Assembly: GCA_002068915.1 (NCBI GenBank)
Contig: MWBE01000017.1
Coordinates: forward strand, 3,818-67,817
Source: Parcubacteria group bacterium ADurb.Bin326
Lineage (GTDB): Bacteria > Patescibacteriota > Patescibacteriia > 2-01-FULL-39-33
Direction of reading: 5' to 3'
Length of the DNA stretch: 64,000 nt
Positions 18,681 to 28,101 of this stretch are shown one piece after another; position 1 is the first letter of the stretch, and every line of letters begins with the position of its first letter. The notes under the pieces were generated by a model, which saw nothing but the letters and a program-made list of their open reading frames with translations, was not told the DNA's origin and ran no database searches. A program made the position numbers and the translations under genes.

Positions 18681-18712
18681 AAAAAAACGAGGCTTTAGGG
18701 CCTCGTTTTTCT
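18681..18712. terminator. intrinsic terminator (CGAGGC-tttagg-GCCTCG) between desulfoferrodoxin and dnaG
   Basis: Hairpin flanked by A7 and T5; serves the minus-strand dfx gene. Confidence 0.5.
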
Positions 18713-18719
18713 AAAAACT

Positions 18720-19106
18720 TTACTTTTTCCAAAGTCCGTGCAGATTGCAATATTCTCTAGCCACAACCTCTCCAGCTCCGGCCGGCAAATCAAATTCTGC
18801 TTCCGGCGCCTCGCCTGGTTGCAAGAATTTCTTATAACTAATGCCATCAACTAAAATTTCAATCCATTCAATATAATGGGCGTCTTCCATCGGGTGTGCC
18901 ACCTCGCCAACTTTGACTTTAACCTTATCGCCTTCCCTTTCTAGCACTGGAACGTGTTTTTCTGTGGCGCCATCAGTAGTATTCTCTTCTTGCAAAACCA
19001 TATCCTGACCGCAACAAACTAAAGTTCCACCGCCGGCGCGTGTTACTTCTACGATATTACCGCAAACGGCACATTTGTAAACTTCGTTAATTTTCTTGAC
19101 TGCCAT
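18720..19106 (-). CDS. dfx: desulfoferrodoxin (2Fe superoxide reductase)
   Basis: 128-aa ORF with N-terminal desulforedoxin Cys (CAVCGN...CCGQ) and SOR centre ligands (H..H...C..H). Confidence 0.85.
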   Translation of the reverse strand: MAVKKINEVYKCAVCGNIVEVTRAGGGTLVCCGQDMVLQEENTTDGATEKHVPVLEREGDKVKVKVGEVAHPMEDAHYIEWIEILVDGISYKKFLQPGEAPEAEFDLPAGAGEVVAREYCNLHGLWKK

Positions 19107-19116
19107 ATGTTTGCAA

Positions 19117-19701
19117 TTAGTAATTTTCTGATTTCAATTGGTAAAAGGCTTGGGCATGATTACAAGACGGACATTCTTGTGGAGCTTCTTTGCCAAAATG
19201 AACATAGCCGCATTCGCGACAAACCCACCAGACTTCTTCTTCTTTCTTAAATACTGTGCCCGCCTCAACCTCTTTTAACAATTTCATGTATCTCTCCTCG
19301 TGATGCTCTTCGGCCACCGCGATAGCCCGTAAACGAGCGGCGATTTTTGGATAACCTTCTTGCTCGGCAGTAGCGGCAAACTCCGGATACATCGTCACAT
19401 GTTCATAATTTTCTCCGGCGATTGCAGCCTTTAAATTTTCTGCCGTCGTACCATAAACAGTCGGCACTTCAGCTTCTACTTTCAAAGCTGAAAGATCTTC
19501 ATCTGACAACTTTTTTAGTTCTTGAATTTCGCCAAACAATTTAGCTGCATGTTCACGCTCCTGGTCGGCGGTGGTCAAAAAAACTTCAGCAATCTGCTCA
19601 AAGCCTTCCTTTTTCGCTACTTTGGCATACATGGTATAACGATTTCTGGCTTGCGACTCCCCTACAAACGCCTTGGCCAAATTTTTAATTGTTTCTGACA
19701 T
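19117..19701 (-). CDS. rbr: rubrerythrin
   Basis: 194-aa ORF with a ferritin-like diiron domain (E..H motifs) and a C-terminal rubredoxin CxxC...CxxC (CRECGY...CPSCNH). Confidence 0.9.
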   Translation of the reverse strand: MSETIKNLAKAFVGESQARNRYTMYAKVAKKEGFEQIAEVFLTTADQEREHAAKLFGEIQELKKLSDEDLSALKVEAEVPTVYGTTAENLKAAIAGENYEHVTMYPEFAATAEQEGYPKIAARLRAIAVAEEHHEERYMKLLKEVEAGTVFKKEEEVWWVCRECGYVHFGKEAPQECPSCNHAQAFYQLKSENY

Positions 19702-19753
19702 AATTTTCTAATTATTTTTCTTACCGCTATTTTAACCCATTTCCCATAAACTA

Positions 19754-21715
19754 TCAAATGGATGGCTTTATTGGCGGTTGAGGTGGCAATACCGGACCAG
19801 ATTGATCAATTTCTCGAGTCGAATTTACTGTTTGATTTAAATCATGCGAAACAAATCCCTCATCTCCAACCAATTTCTTAGCTTGCTCGTACCATTCTAA
19901 TTTATATTCCTCTTCAGTAATACCCTCTGGGTTTACAGTCTCCTGTTGAGGTTTTCTCAATTTACCGTCAAAGCCGGTTATGTCTTGAGAGAGGATGTCA
20001 GAAAGACTAGCTGGCTTAATTTTAAGAGCCTCTTCTTTGACAACGGGTTCGTCCAGCATTACCATTTTGGCCGGCTTAACATCAGCGTCTTTATTGCGCT
20101 TCTCGGCTTTTATTTGTTTAAAGCAATCATCGCAATAAACCGGCTTGCTCGGATCGGGATCAAAGCCAATTTTAAATTCCTGACCGCAAGCCGAACATTT
20201 AGCATCAAACTTGGGTTTGTCTTTTTCTTCTTTTTTCTTGTCTTTTTTATCCGACTTGCCGGGCGCTACAGTCGATTGATTTTTGGCCAATCTTCCCTTA
20301 CCCAAATCAGATAAGCTAATAGTCGGCCCACCTTTTAGAGTTTGTCGCGGAATTATTTCTCCTGCCCCTAAATCACGGCCGGCAATAGGAGTTCTCTCCG
20401 AACTTACATTGATCCTTGAACCTACATCAACCGCGCTCCAACGGTTAATCTTATCCTCAACAACGGCCCGAGGATTAGCGCAACGCTCACGCGAAACAGC
20501 AATAACCTTATCTCTATTGTTGGTACGATAATTATCAAAAAGCGGTGGCAAAGTGGCAGCCGAAAAAGGATCGGAAGAAACTCCGTCAATCATTAATTTT
20601 AAATAAATAGCAAAGGCCGGCAGATTAACTAAATCCTCTTCAGTAAAAAATGGAGTAAACTCTCGTACCAACCCTTCAGCATCAGCCGCCCCGACACGAA
20701 AACAAACAATTGTTCCGACGTTACCAAAAACGGCAGCAGAAACCACTTCCGGCAACTGCTCAATGTATTGATGCGCTACTATCAAATTAAGTCTGTACTT
20801 TCTGGCTTCTGATAAAATGTTAGCAAAACTTTCGGTAGCAAAATTCTGAAATTCATCGACATAAAGATAAAAGTCGTTGCGTTCATGCTCGGGAATATCG
20901 ACGCGGCTCATGGCTGACAAATATAATTTAGTCACAATCATCGAGCCAAGCAATTGCATAGTATCTTCTCCGATACGTCCCTTAGACAAATTGAGAATGA
21001 GGATTTTTTTCTTGTCCATTATTTCTCTCAGATCGATAGTTGACTTGACTTGTCCGACGATATTTCTGATCAGAAAGTTAGACAAGAATTGTCCGACTTT
21101 ATTCTGGATCGGAGAGATAACCTCCTGCAAAGTTTTTTCGTTCCACTTATCGTACTCGTTAACCCAAAAAGATCGCACTACCGGATCCTTGATTTTTGCC
21201 ACCACCTTGTCTCGATAATCCTTCTCTACCAAAATTCTCATAATGCCAAGAAGGGTTGAGCCTTGGTAATCAAGCAATGACAAAATAGCGTTGCGCAAAA
21301 TGTATTCCAAGCGAGGCCCCCAGGAATCAGCCCACAACTTTTTAAAAACGGAAATCAAGCCGGAGGCGATGAAGCTTTTAGAATTTTCATCAACAGCTTC
21401 AAGAACGTTGAAGGCGATCGGAAATTCCGTATCAGCCGGATTGATATAAACCACATCATTAATGCGATGAGGAGGAATAAAATCCAAAATCTTATCAGCA
21501 GTATCGCCGTGCGGATCAATATAACAACACCCCTCGCCGTTTAAGATATCGGAAATAATAAGGTTTTCTAGCAAGGTAGTTTTTCCCATGCCGGTCTTAC
21601 CGATGATATACATGTGGCGTCGACGATCATCGCGCTTGATGCCAAAACTACGCTTGGCATTGCGATAGTTAGTCTCGCCAAAAATAGTGATGTCGTTGTT
21701 ATTTGGTCCTGTCAT
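19754..21715 (-). CDS. type IV secretion coupling-protein-like ATPase (VirD4/TraD/TrwB family) with a C-terminal Lys-rich tail and CxxC-CxxC zinc ribbon
   Basis: 653-aa ORF with Walker A YIIGKTGMGKTT, Walker B YLYVDEFQNF and an AHQ motif typical of T4CP/FtsK-HerA ATPases. C-terminal CSACGQ...YCDDC. Confidence 0.6.
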   Translation of the reverse strand: MTGPNNNDITIFGETNYRNAKRSFGIKRDDRRRHMYIIGKTGMGKTTLLENLIISDILNGEGCCYIDPHGDTADKILDFIPPHRINDVVYINPADTEFPIAFNVLEAVDENSKSFIASGLISVFKKLWADSWGPRLEYILRNAILSLLDYQGSTLLGIMRILVEKDYRDKVVAKIKDPVVRSFWVNEYDKWNEKTLQEVISPIQNKVGQFLSNFLIRNIVGQVKSTIDLREIMDKKKILILNLSKGRIGEDTMQLLGSMIVTKLYLSAMSRVDIPEHERNDFYLYVDEFQNFATESFANILSEARKYRLNLIVAHQYIEQLPEVVSAAVFGNVGTIVCFRVGAADAEGLVREFTPFFTEEDLVNLPAFAIYLKLMIDGVSSDPFSAATLPPLFDNYRTNNRDKVIAVSRERCANPRAVVEDKINRWSAVDVGSRINVSSERTPIAGRDLGAGEIIPRQTLKGGPTISLSDLGKGRLAKNQSTVAPGKSDKKDKKKEEKDKPKFDAKCSACGQEFKIGFDPDPSKPVYCDDCFKQIKAEKRNKDADVKPAKMVMLDEPVVKEEALKIKPASLSDILSQDITGFDGKLRKPQQETVNPEGITEEEYKLEWYEQAKKLVGDEGFVSHDLNQTVNSTREIDQSGPVLPPQPPIKPSI

Positions 21716-21724
21716 AATTTTTTA

Positions 21725-23434
21725 TTAAACGAAGGGAAGATTGGGAGGTGGCGCACCTTTATGAGTTGGTGGCTGTTGATCGTAACTGTCCACATTAGGA
21801 ATTGGCGGCTGAACCACAACACTTTCAGTGGCAGACCTAGGATTGCCAGAAATTATTCTGGCTCCCTCAAATCCAGCAGAGGGAATATTGGGTTGTACAT
21901 TTTGGTTGCCAGCAACCGGCTCTTGTCCAAAAACCGACTGGCCCGGAAAAATTGGTTGAACCGGAACAGTCCTAATTACTTCCCGTTCCTCCTTGGGAGC
22001 TGCCGGAGCTGCTCTTTGGTCGTAGGGCAACCTGGTTGGCGGCGGAGCTTTCTTACTGCCAATCTTACTTACTTCGGCAGCCTTGACCGAGATAACCGGG
22101 AAGTGCCAAACGGACGCTAGTTCTTCTGGAGACATCCATAAAATATCACCGGTTTTTTCTCCATAGAAATTGCTTCTTTTACAAAAATATCGCAAAATAC
22201 TGTTTTGTCTTTTTTCAACCCTTTTATCAACAAAAATATAGTCGGCCGCGGTCTTGCTAATCTTGCCTGGCTTAAATCCGTTAGCGTCAGAAGTATTAAA
22301 TTGCTGAATTGCTCCGATTACTCCGACAACTCCCCTGCCTTTAGCAAAAATTTCTTTGCGACCCAAATAAATCATCCTGAATTTTACTTTGAAATTCTGC
22401 TTGGAAATCTTATTTTCTACTCTTTCTAAAACACTGCGTTCTCCAGGAGTAATCTTAAACATTCTCCACTCGTCTTCTTTCTTTTTTTCAGTTGTTCCAG
22501 TCAACGAAATTCCAGTCAACTGTTCCATTATTCCGCCAACAAAACCCATGCCGGAATCAACCGGTTTAGTTACCAAAGAAGTCGGATCAAACTTAGAGGC
22601 AGCCGGATCCTTGTATTCCTTGCCAATTAATTGAGCCACTATCTTTTTTGCCGGCTCACCCCAGCCCGGAGGTTGTGGAGTAATGACTAACTGAATCCAA
22701 ATTTGCTCTCCAGGATTAAGTCGGCTTAAAATTTCCAAAACTCCGGCCATGGGGTCAATGAAGTTACCGGAAAGCGAGTGTTCAAATTCCGGATAGGTAC
22801 GAATCGGATAGGGGTAAGGTTTAACAAAAACAAATTCACAGCCCCAGAGCTTATAAACCTTATTGGGAAACTTTAATTTTGAAAAAGGAATCGGCTTTCC
22901 TTCCGAATCAATATCGTCAGAATCAAACTCCGTGTAATCAGTCACCTCGGTTATTTCCGCTTCGGGATACTGGGAATAAACCGCCGCCTCAACTAAATCC
23001 CTAAAATGACTAGGCACTCTAACCAAAAAACGTATATGCCCCTCTAAGCTGACTATCTCAAAAGAAAAACTTTCCGTAGTCTTTCCGTCCCAATACTTAT
23101 CTATCAAATTGGGTCCGGAATAGGCGCCGGCTAAAGCGGCAAAAATATTCTCTACAGCTTTCGGTGTCTGCTCGTTATTTTTGGGTATATCTATCGCCAA
23201 AAGATTGAATTTCCACTTACCGGCAAACTTGCCCTGGCGACCATCAAGCCAAATATCGTAAAGGCCTTTGGTAAAAATTATTATAAACAAAATCCAACCA
23301 CCACCAAAAAATATCTGCAAACTAATGTCAACAGGATTTTGATTGGCAAAAACCATGAAAGAATAATACAATTCTTCCCAATTAAAATTGCCTAGGGCGC
23401 TATTTATTATATATCCTATCAAATCGCCTTCCAT
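21725..23434 (-). CDS. hypothetical membrane protein (single N-terminal TM, Pro/Gln-rich C-terminus), adjacent to the VirD4-like ATPase
   Basis: 569-aa ORF with a hydrophobic segment near residues 40-65 and a low-complexity proline-rich tail. No family recognised. Confidence 0.4.
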   Translation of the reverse strand: MEGDLIGYIINSALGNFNWEELYYSFMVFANQNPVDISLQIFFGGGWILFIIIFTKGLYDIWLDGRQGKFAGKWKFNLLAIDIPKNNEQTPKAVENIFAALAGAYSGPNLIDKYWDGKTTESFSFEIVSLEGHIRFLVRVPSHFRDLVEAAVYSQYPEAEITEVTDYTEFDSDDIDSEGKPIPFSKLKFPNKVYKLWGCEFVFVKPYPYPIRTYPEFEHSLSGNFIDPMAGVLEILSRLNPGEQIWIQLVITPQPPGWGEPAKKIVAQLIGKEYKDPAASKFDPTSLVTKPVDSGMGFVGGIMEQLTGISLTGTTEKKKEDEWRMFKITPGERSVLERVENKISKQNFKVKFRMIYLGRKEIFAKGRGVVGVIGAIQQFNTSDANGFKPGKISKTAADYIFVDKRVEKRQNSILRYFCKRSNFYGEKTGDILWMSPEELASVWHFPVISVKAAEVSKIGSKKAPPPTRLPYDQRAAPAAPKEEREVIRTVPVQPIFPGQSVFGQEPVAGNQNVQPNIPSAGFEGARIISGNPRSATESVVVQPPIPNVDSYDQQPPTHKGAPPPNLPFV

Positions 23435-23490
23435 TGCTTTAAAAAGTTATCAACATAGCTATATTATAACACATTTTATTATTGCAAACA

Positions 23491-23540
23491 AAATAAATCA
23501 CCTGCCACAAATTTAGTAAGCAGGTGATTTATTTTTTATT
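23491..23540 (-). terminator. 15-bp perfect inverted repeat hairpin (AAATAAATCACCTGC ... GCAGGTGATTTATTT) downstream of the HTH-protein gene
   Basis: Read directly; followed by a U-rich tract on the minus strand. Confidence 0.5.
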
Positions 23541-23559
23541 GTCGATTGTTTTAAAACTT

Positions 23560-24762
23560 TTAGATATTATCAGCTTGAGCTGCCTGATCTATTGCTTCTT
23601 CCATAACAGCCTCTGTTATAGAATTTTCGTTGATAGCGTACTTGCCTTTTTCGTTTTTCTTAACCTTCTTGTGATTCATAAGAGACAAGTATACGGTCGA
23701 GCGCTTAACATTTCTACGCTCTAAAACCTTTTCAATAATCTCGTCTTTGGTTAATGGTCCGTTTTCTCTGATTATCTCCTCGATTACATCGGCCACATTT
23801 CCCGGCTTATAGCCCCACTCCTTCAAAGCATAAATGCCGCGTCCCACCAAAACATACTTTTCGTCAAGTATTAATTCATTATGTACTGTCGGAGCGTAAG
23901 CAACTTTGCCATCAAAAGCATTACCATTAATTGAATCGGCGATTTCTGTAAAATGCATCGGGCGACCTGATTTTTTAAGGGTAAGATAAATCTTATCATT
24001 AATTTTCTTAGGCTTAACGATGCCCCAAGAGATTAATCCCCAATTATTGAAGATATCTTGGCGAATCTTTCTAGAAGCGCGCAAATAGCTTTCAAGAATT
24101 TTATTGACGTCAGTCTCGTCAGCTTCCAACATGGTAGTCAAGAAAAGGATTTTCTCTTTATTGTCATTAAAGAATGCGGATGACTTAAATTGTGAAAGCA
24201 ACTGATCAAGGCTAATGGGATCGCCGTTTTGTTCGATGACGTTAACCATTTCGGTTATAACCTTCTTAAGGAAATCAACATCGGAAACACCTAATCTCCA
24301 AAGGTTGTTAAACTCCTTGTCCTGATTGATCTTATTGATATTGTCGGTAAAGATATGTTCAGCCAAAAACAGCAAAGAATTTTCGCTTTCTGAATGGGCA
24401 TTAAGATAGTTGAGCACATTCTCCAAAAAGAAAGACTCTTCCATCACTCCGCCATATTGCTCTAAAAGTTGGACAACCAAAGTTTCAGCCTCTCTAATCT
24501 CTTCCTTCGATTCTCTTAATTCTTTGAGCTTCTTGATGGAAAGATTTTCTATTTGCCTGACGCGTTCTCTGGTAATGCCATATTTCTGGCCTATTTCCTC
24601 TAGGGTATACCTCTTGTCAACGCCTAAACCAAATCTTTTGGTGATAATATCCTTTTCTTTTTCAGAAAGATTATCAAAAAGATAGCCCAGGGTGTCAACC
24701 GGATTAAAGGATGACAAACCATCTTTAAATTTGTTTTTTCTTACTTGATCCAAGATAGACAT
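23560..24762 (-). CDS. DNA-binding protein with an N-terminal sigma-70 region-4-like HTH (no recognisable sigma region 2)
   Basis: 400-aa ORF. Residues ~35-85 (DIITKRFGLGVDKRYTLEEIGQKYGITRERVRQIENLSIKKLK) resemble region 4.2 of sigma factors; the remaining ~300 aa are not sigma-like. Confidence 0.5.
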   Translation of the reverse strand: MSILDQVRKNKFKDGLSSFNPVDTLGYLFDNLSEKEKDIITKRFGLGVDKRYTLEEIGQKYGITRERVRQIENLSIKKLKELRESKEEIREAETLVVQLLEQYGGVMEESFFLENVLNYLNAHSESENSLLFLAEHIFTDNINKINQDKEFNNLWRLGVSDVDFLKKVITEMVNVIEQNGDPISLDQLLSQFKSSAFFNDNKEKILFLTTMLEADETDVNKILESYLRASRKIRQDIFNNWGLISWGIVKPKKINDKIYLTLKKSGRPMHFTEIADSINGNAFDGKVAYAPTVHNELILDEKYVLVGRGIYALKEWGYKPGNVADVIEEIIRENGPLTKDEIIEKVLERRNVKRSTVYLSLMNHKKVKKNEKGKYAINENSITEAVMEEAIDQAAQADNI

Positions 24763-24990
24763 AAGCTTATTTTAAAGCCTAAAACGCAAAACAGTGAAAT
24801 TCTTTTGACATTTTTTTGGCTAAAATTAAATACTTTTTATTGAAATATGATTAATATGACTTAATTATATCAAAAAAAATCCTTTTTGTCAATGGCAACA
24901 CCTAGAACCAATATATTTCACTGTTTTAACAATAAAAAAACAAGTCCAAGCAAAGGCCTGAACCCGTTGCTTATATTTTTTTACTTTCAA

Positions 24991-26082
24991 CTAAAACGCT
25001 CCCCTTTTAATGTACTTTCTAATGTCGTCCATCAATTTCAGATAAAATTCAATATTATTAAGGGTTGCCAGTCGCATACCCAAGGGCTCACCGGTCTTAA
25101 ATAAATGATGTAAATAAGCCTTAGAATACTTCTTCAAATTAGAGTTATTAATCGAAGAAAAATCATTCTTATACTTGGCGTTGGTTATATTGATCGTTTC
25201 ATAGAATCCCTTGCCGAATCCCGACTTAACCTGCAAATAAAGTCGGCCATGTCGGGCCTCCCTGGTAGGAATAACGCAATCAAACATATCTACTCCCCGT
25301 TTAACGGCTTCCACAATGTTTTCCGGAGTGCCGACTCCCATTAAGTACCTTGGCTTGTTATCCGGCATTTGAGGGGCTAAATAATCCAAGACTTGATACA
25401 TTTCTTGATTAGTCTCCCCTACTGCCAACCCGCCCACAGCGTATCCATCAAAATCAAGCTCGGCCAGATCTTTTAGTGATTTTAATCTTAAATCCTCAAA
25501 AATTCCACCTTGTACAATTGCAAACCTTAATTGCTTGCTATTGCTAAATTCTTTAAGTTTAATTACGCGCTTGGCTTCCTTGCCCCACTTAGTCGTCATC
25601 GATACGGCTTCAGCAACTTCTTTGTGGCTAGCAGTTGATGGCGGACAAACATCCAATATCATAGCAATGTCTGATCCGATTGTTTTCTGTATTTCTAAAA
25701 CCTTCTTAGGCGTCAGTAAGTGCTTAGAGCCATCGAGATGAGATCTAAATTCTACGCCTTGTGGCAAAATCTTTCTTATCTTAGATAGAGAAAAAACCTG
25801 GAATCCTCCGGAGTCAGTCAAAATCGCCCCACGCCAATCCATAAACTTATGAAGGCCTCCGGCCTTTTTCATGACCTCCATGCCCGGAGTTAGATATAAA
25901 TGATAGGTATTAGAAAGGATTATGGGCGACTTTAATTCCCTAATCTCGTCAGTGGTTAAGTTTTTTACTGCTGCCTTGGTGGCAATCGGCATGAAAAATG
26001 GGGTTTTCAAAGTTCCGTGCGCGGTTTTTAGAATACCCAGCCTGGCCTGAGATTTTTTAGATTTTTTTATCAGCTTAAACAT
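24991..26082 (-). CDS. tgt: queuine tRNA-ribosyltransferase (tRNA-guanine transglycosylase)
   Basis: 363-aa ORF with Tgt motifs (TPFFMPIATKAAVK, LTDSGGFQVFSL). Confidence 0.9.
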   Translation of the reverse strand: MFKLIKKSKKSQARLGILKTAHGTLKTPFFMPIATKAAVKNLTTDEIRELKSPIILSNTYHLYLTPGMEVMKKAGGLHKFMDWRGAILTDSGGFQVFSLSKIRKILPQGVEFRSHLDGSKHLLTPKKVLEIQKTIGSDIAMILDVCPPSTASHKEVAEAVSMTTKWGKEAKRVIKLKEFSNSKQLRFAIVQGGIFEDLRLKSLKDLAELDFDGYAVGGLAVGETNQEMYQVLDYLAPQMPDNKPRYLMGVGTPENIVEAVKRGVDMFDCVIPTREARHGRLYLQVKSGFGKGFYETINITNAKYKNDFSSINNSNLKKYSKAYLHHLFKTGEPLGMRLATLNNIEFYLKLMDDIRKYIKRGAF

Positions 26083-26092
26083 CTATATCTGA

Positions 26093-28090
26093 TTATTCCA
26101 CAATTCCGCTCACCTTTCCCAAAATCGGATCATCAAAGGCGGTGGTTATCGCTTTTACTGTTTTGGAAATATCGGCCCCGGTTTCGATGTCTTTACCCGA
26201 CAAACGCACCTCGGGTATAAGCACTAACACTCTGCCACTATCCGATTCTTTAGGCGTAATACTAATATTAAAGTTTAAATAAGCTCCGTCAGCCCTCTTA
26301 GACAGGCGAGAGATGGTCCAAGATAATTTTCTGGTTTTAGAATTATAGACGACATCTCCGGTGTCATGGTCTTCTTTATTGTCCCAACTGACACCCGCCG
26401 GCAAAGTGGCGCTTACTTCAATATTGGAAATATCATGAATGTTGTTGCCTAATTTCAAAGAAACATTATAAGAAGATGCTTGCCCCACCTGAGGCTTGAT
26501 TGGTCCCGCGCCCAAAGCAATATTATCCTCGTTATAGTACCTCGCCCCCGCCTCCAAACTTAAATCAGAATTAACGGAGTTAGTGATTGTTTTTCCAGAG
26601 ACAGACGACTCGTTGCCGGCAGCAGTTGTCTTGGCTTCTAAGTAACTTTCTACGCTTAACTTTCCTATGTCCTCTCCCCTCAGAGAATCATAATCTCTGA
26701 CACGGATCTGCCAAGAAATTGACCCTTCTTCGCCCGGCCTTAAACTTAACAATTGCGATACTTGCTTTCCTGTCCAAATTAACGAATTGCCGGATTTCTT
26801 ACCTAACGCAGAATCTTTGAGGCTATCCCAATCTAAAATATCAGAATCAAGATGAGCAGTAAGTTCGATGTTTTTTAAATCTTCGTGTCCGGTATTTTTA
26901 AATGAAGCGGTATAAATTAACAATTCTCCAAAACCTACCGGCTGGTCTTCTCCAGAACCATTAATAACTAAAGTTAGTTTCAATTGATCTTTGACGACAT
27001 TGGTTATGGCCGATTGTTCAGCCTGTAAAATCCAATCACTTGATTTTTTAAGATTAACCTTAAACCTTATCTCCTGGTTGCCGGATTCAGAAATACCGGA
27101 AAAATTACCGCTTATTGTAATTTTTTTGTCGGTGGAAGTGCTCCCCTCAGTCGAAGTGGCAAGATCATTTATCTCCCAAGTTCCATTAGAACCCGATTTG
27201 GCTTGCAAACTAGAGGAGGAAAAAACAAATCCTTGCGGATAATCAGCGACCACTTCAATGTTTTCTAAAGTTTCTAAGCCCACATTTCTTAAAGTGACAA
27301 CATATTCCCCATTCTGATTTGATAATAACTTGTCAGGACCGGAAACATTAAGGCTAATAACTGAGACATTAACGCCTAAATCTAGAGAAACTTTTTGCTG
27401 AAACTCTGAATTAATATTCTCCGGCTTGAAGCTCAAAATGCCTGAGAGATTATGAACCGAGCCAAGTGAAGCTACTATTTTTGCCGTAAGCTCAATCTTG
27501 ACTGTCTCGCCTACTCGCAAAACTCCCATGCTCCACGCATTTTTCTTCTCACCGGAAGCCTCCGGAGTTGATGAGACATATTGAAAGTCGTCAGGATACT
27601 TCAAATCAATATTGAGGTCGTAAAGATTAACTTTTTCGTTATTGGTAATTATTATGGTGTAAACCGATTCTTGTCCCGAAACAACAGACAAAGGAGGATC
27701 AATTTTAAAAATCACACGATCATTAGTAAAAGAATCCCCCGAGAGATTAGAAAAGACCAAAAATCCTATTAGTGAAGCAAAAAAGACGACCGCAAAAAAA
27801 GCAGTGGCCCAATAAAGCAGTTTTTGCCACAAAGGCATCTCTGAGTGCTCTAATTTGGTCATGTCTGGTATTTCTCCATCAGTATCAGTATAAACTTCGG
27901 CTAATTCATGCTGTATCTCTTTCGATCGAGACCCAATCTTTTTAAAAGAAGAAATAAAAGACTTTTTGCCACTCTTATTTTTCATCACTTGAGCTAGACC
28001 GTCCTGCATTGTAGAAATATTTTCCCTTAATTCGTCAATTGGCGGTTCGCTTATCTCATTTGAAGTTGGTAAAATAGTTTTTTTGGGCAT
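26093..28090 (-). CDS. membrane-anchored surface protein with repeated beta-rich (DUF11/CARDB-like) domains
   Basis: 665-aa ORF with one TM near residue 90 and a long extracytoplasmic Ser/Thr/Asn-rich region with repeated motifs. Assignment is loose. Confidence 0.35.
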   Translation of the reverse strand: MPKKTILPTSNEISEPPIDELRENISTMQDGLAQVMKNKSGKKSFISSFKKIGSRSKEIQHELAEVYTDTDGEIPDMTKLEHSEMPLWQKLLYWATAFFAVVFFASLIGFLVFSNLSGDSFTNDRVIFKIDPPLSVVSGQESVYTIIITNNEKVNLYDLNIDLKYPDDFQYVSSTPEASGEKKNAWSMGVLRVGETVKIELTAKIVASLGSVHNLSGILSFKPENINSEFQQKVSLDLGVNVSVISLNVSGPDKLLSNQNGEYVVTLRNVGLETLENIEVVADYPQGFVFSSSSLQAKSGSNGTWEINDLATSTEGSTSTDKKITISGNFSGISESGNQEIRFKVNLKKSSDWILQAEQSAITNVVKDQLKLTLVINGSGEDQPVGFGELLIYTASFKNTGHEDLKNIELTAHLDSDILDWDSLKDSALGKKSGNSLIWTGKQVSQLLSLRPGEEGSISWQIRVRDYDSLRGEDIGKLSVESYLEAKTTAAGNESSVSGKTITNSVNSDLSLEAGARYYNEDNIALGAGPIKPQVGQASSYNVSLKLGNNIHDISNIEVSATLPAGVSWDNKEDHDTGDVVYNSKTRKLSWTISRLSKRADGAYLNFNISITPKESDSGRVLVLIPEVRLSGKDIETGADISKTVKAITTAFDDPILGKVSGIVE

Positions 28091-28101
28091 AATCCTATTA
28101 T

